Of a DNA stretch of 64,000 bases, positions 62,869 to 64,000 are shown piece by piece. This stretch comes from Marsupella aquatica. Taxonomy: Eukaryota; Plantae; Marchantiophyta. Position 1 is the first letter of the stretch, and each line of letters begins with the position of its first letter. Both the position numbers and the translations under genes were made by a program. Location: assembly GCA_973895155.1 (NCBI GenBank), contig OZ316893.1, positions 13,284,359-13,348,358 of the forward strand, written 5' to 3'. A model generated the notes under the pieces. The model ran no database searches and was not told the DNA's origin. It saw only the letters and a list, made by a program, of their open reading frames with translations.

Positions 62869-64000
62869 CTGCGAAGGAAAGAGGTCAAGAGTGAAGGGAC
62901 CACACTGTCGAATAGAGACGACAGATCATCGAGAGTAACAGGCCCAGACAAAACAATTGACTTTATAAGGGCTAAGGAGGGTCCAACAATAGGACCATAG
63001 AAAAACCTTCTATTCGTTTGCCTGAAGTAATCTACCAACCAATTACACGCATGTCAAGGGACCTGAGCAGTAGAAGTGTTGGCCTAAAGGTCGGTCAAGA
63101 GCGTGTGGACCCAAAGAGTGAAGTGAAAGGAGCGCACCTGCTTCTAGGCCTTCATGCACAAAGGAGTTAATAGTAGGGCAATGACTGGTTCCATTGGGTA
63201 CTCTACACCCTTCACAGCTATAACTGTTAGCATCTAATTAGTGCAAGTGGGGAATTAACCTTACTAACAATAAGAGGGAAACAGGGCTTATCTACACTAG
63301 TCCATGAATATATGCTAGGGCCCAGGATTTTCATGTTGAACCTGGGGCACTCACCTTTGTTCCTTTGGACAAAAAATGCTTAAAATGCACATAGACTGAG
63401 GTTTTTTTAGCTAACACTAATTCCTGAGTGAAGCTGGAAATTTGCTTCACAATAATTAATATGAGCTTCCAATAAACCATTTTTACCTGTGACGACTTGC
63501 ATAGCAACAATAATGCTTGCATTTTAATTGTTAGCAAACCTTTAAATATTTCAAAACAAGAAATATGGGAACCTAAATCCCGGATGGACCTCAACTTTGT
63601 CTATAAATCCCAGATGGACTGGCAAAGCTTGGATAAAATTGTTTACACTTTTGACTGAAGAGTGACCTGTAAACGGTCTCCTTATCGTTCGCAGCCAGTT
63701 TCAATTACAATACTGGACCTTTCCTTGGTAACTTGACGTGACAAACTTCAACCTGAAAGACCTCAAGACATCATGCCATTACTCAGGATCCCCATGAAGT
63801 CTTGACTTTATTCTCCCCAAGGTAGTCAACGCCATCAGCCCGGCCATCAGCTGCGATCTGTGACTGGTTCCTTTTTCTTTTCCTACTCAAATGGATGTTC
63901 AGTTCTTCACAAGGCAGAGTCCAAAGATTCAGACCGCAGTATCTCATCTGGGTTACCTCACAAGATCCAAGCATTCAAACACCAAACCGGTAAACCTACT

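Overview
Eukaryotic nuclear DNA from a land plant; a bryophyte or other non-seed plant is my inference from gene families, intron style and composition. The left half is gene-rich. It holds the 5' end of a probable cytochrome P450 (minus strand, runs off the edge) and a 5-exon MAPEG/microsomal GST3 gene with a transit-peptide-like N-terminal extension. Next come a decayed RLE-type non-LTR retroelement fragment and a 20-exon SGR2-like DDHD phospholipase A1 with a long Pro-rich repeat N-terminus. These are followed by an intronless, GC-rich Cys-type (omega-like) GST that looks fungal, and a Kelch-repeat/coiled-coil gene of at least 15 exons on the minus strand. The right half is repeat-rich. It has several tandem duplications, an L1 fragment and two Mutator-like TIR elements with 10-bp TSDs. 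It also has a complete, very young Ty1/copia element (457-bp LTRs that appear identical, PBS, PPT, 5-bp TSD) whose gag and pol lie in the same frame, separated by a single TGA. It ends with the 3' exons of an ALKBH1-like gene broken by two frameshifts. All exon boundaries were read by eye and checked for phase consistency. No database searches were run.
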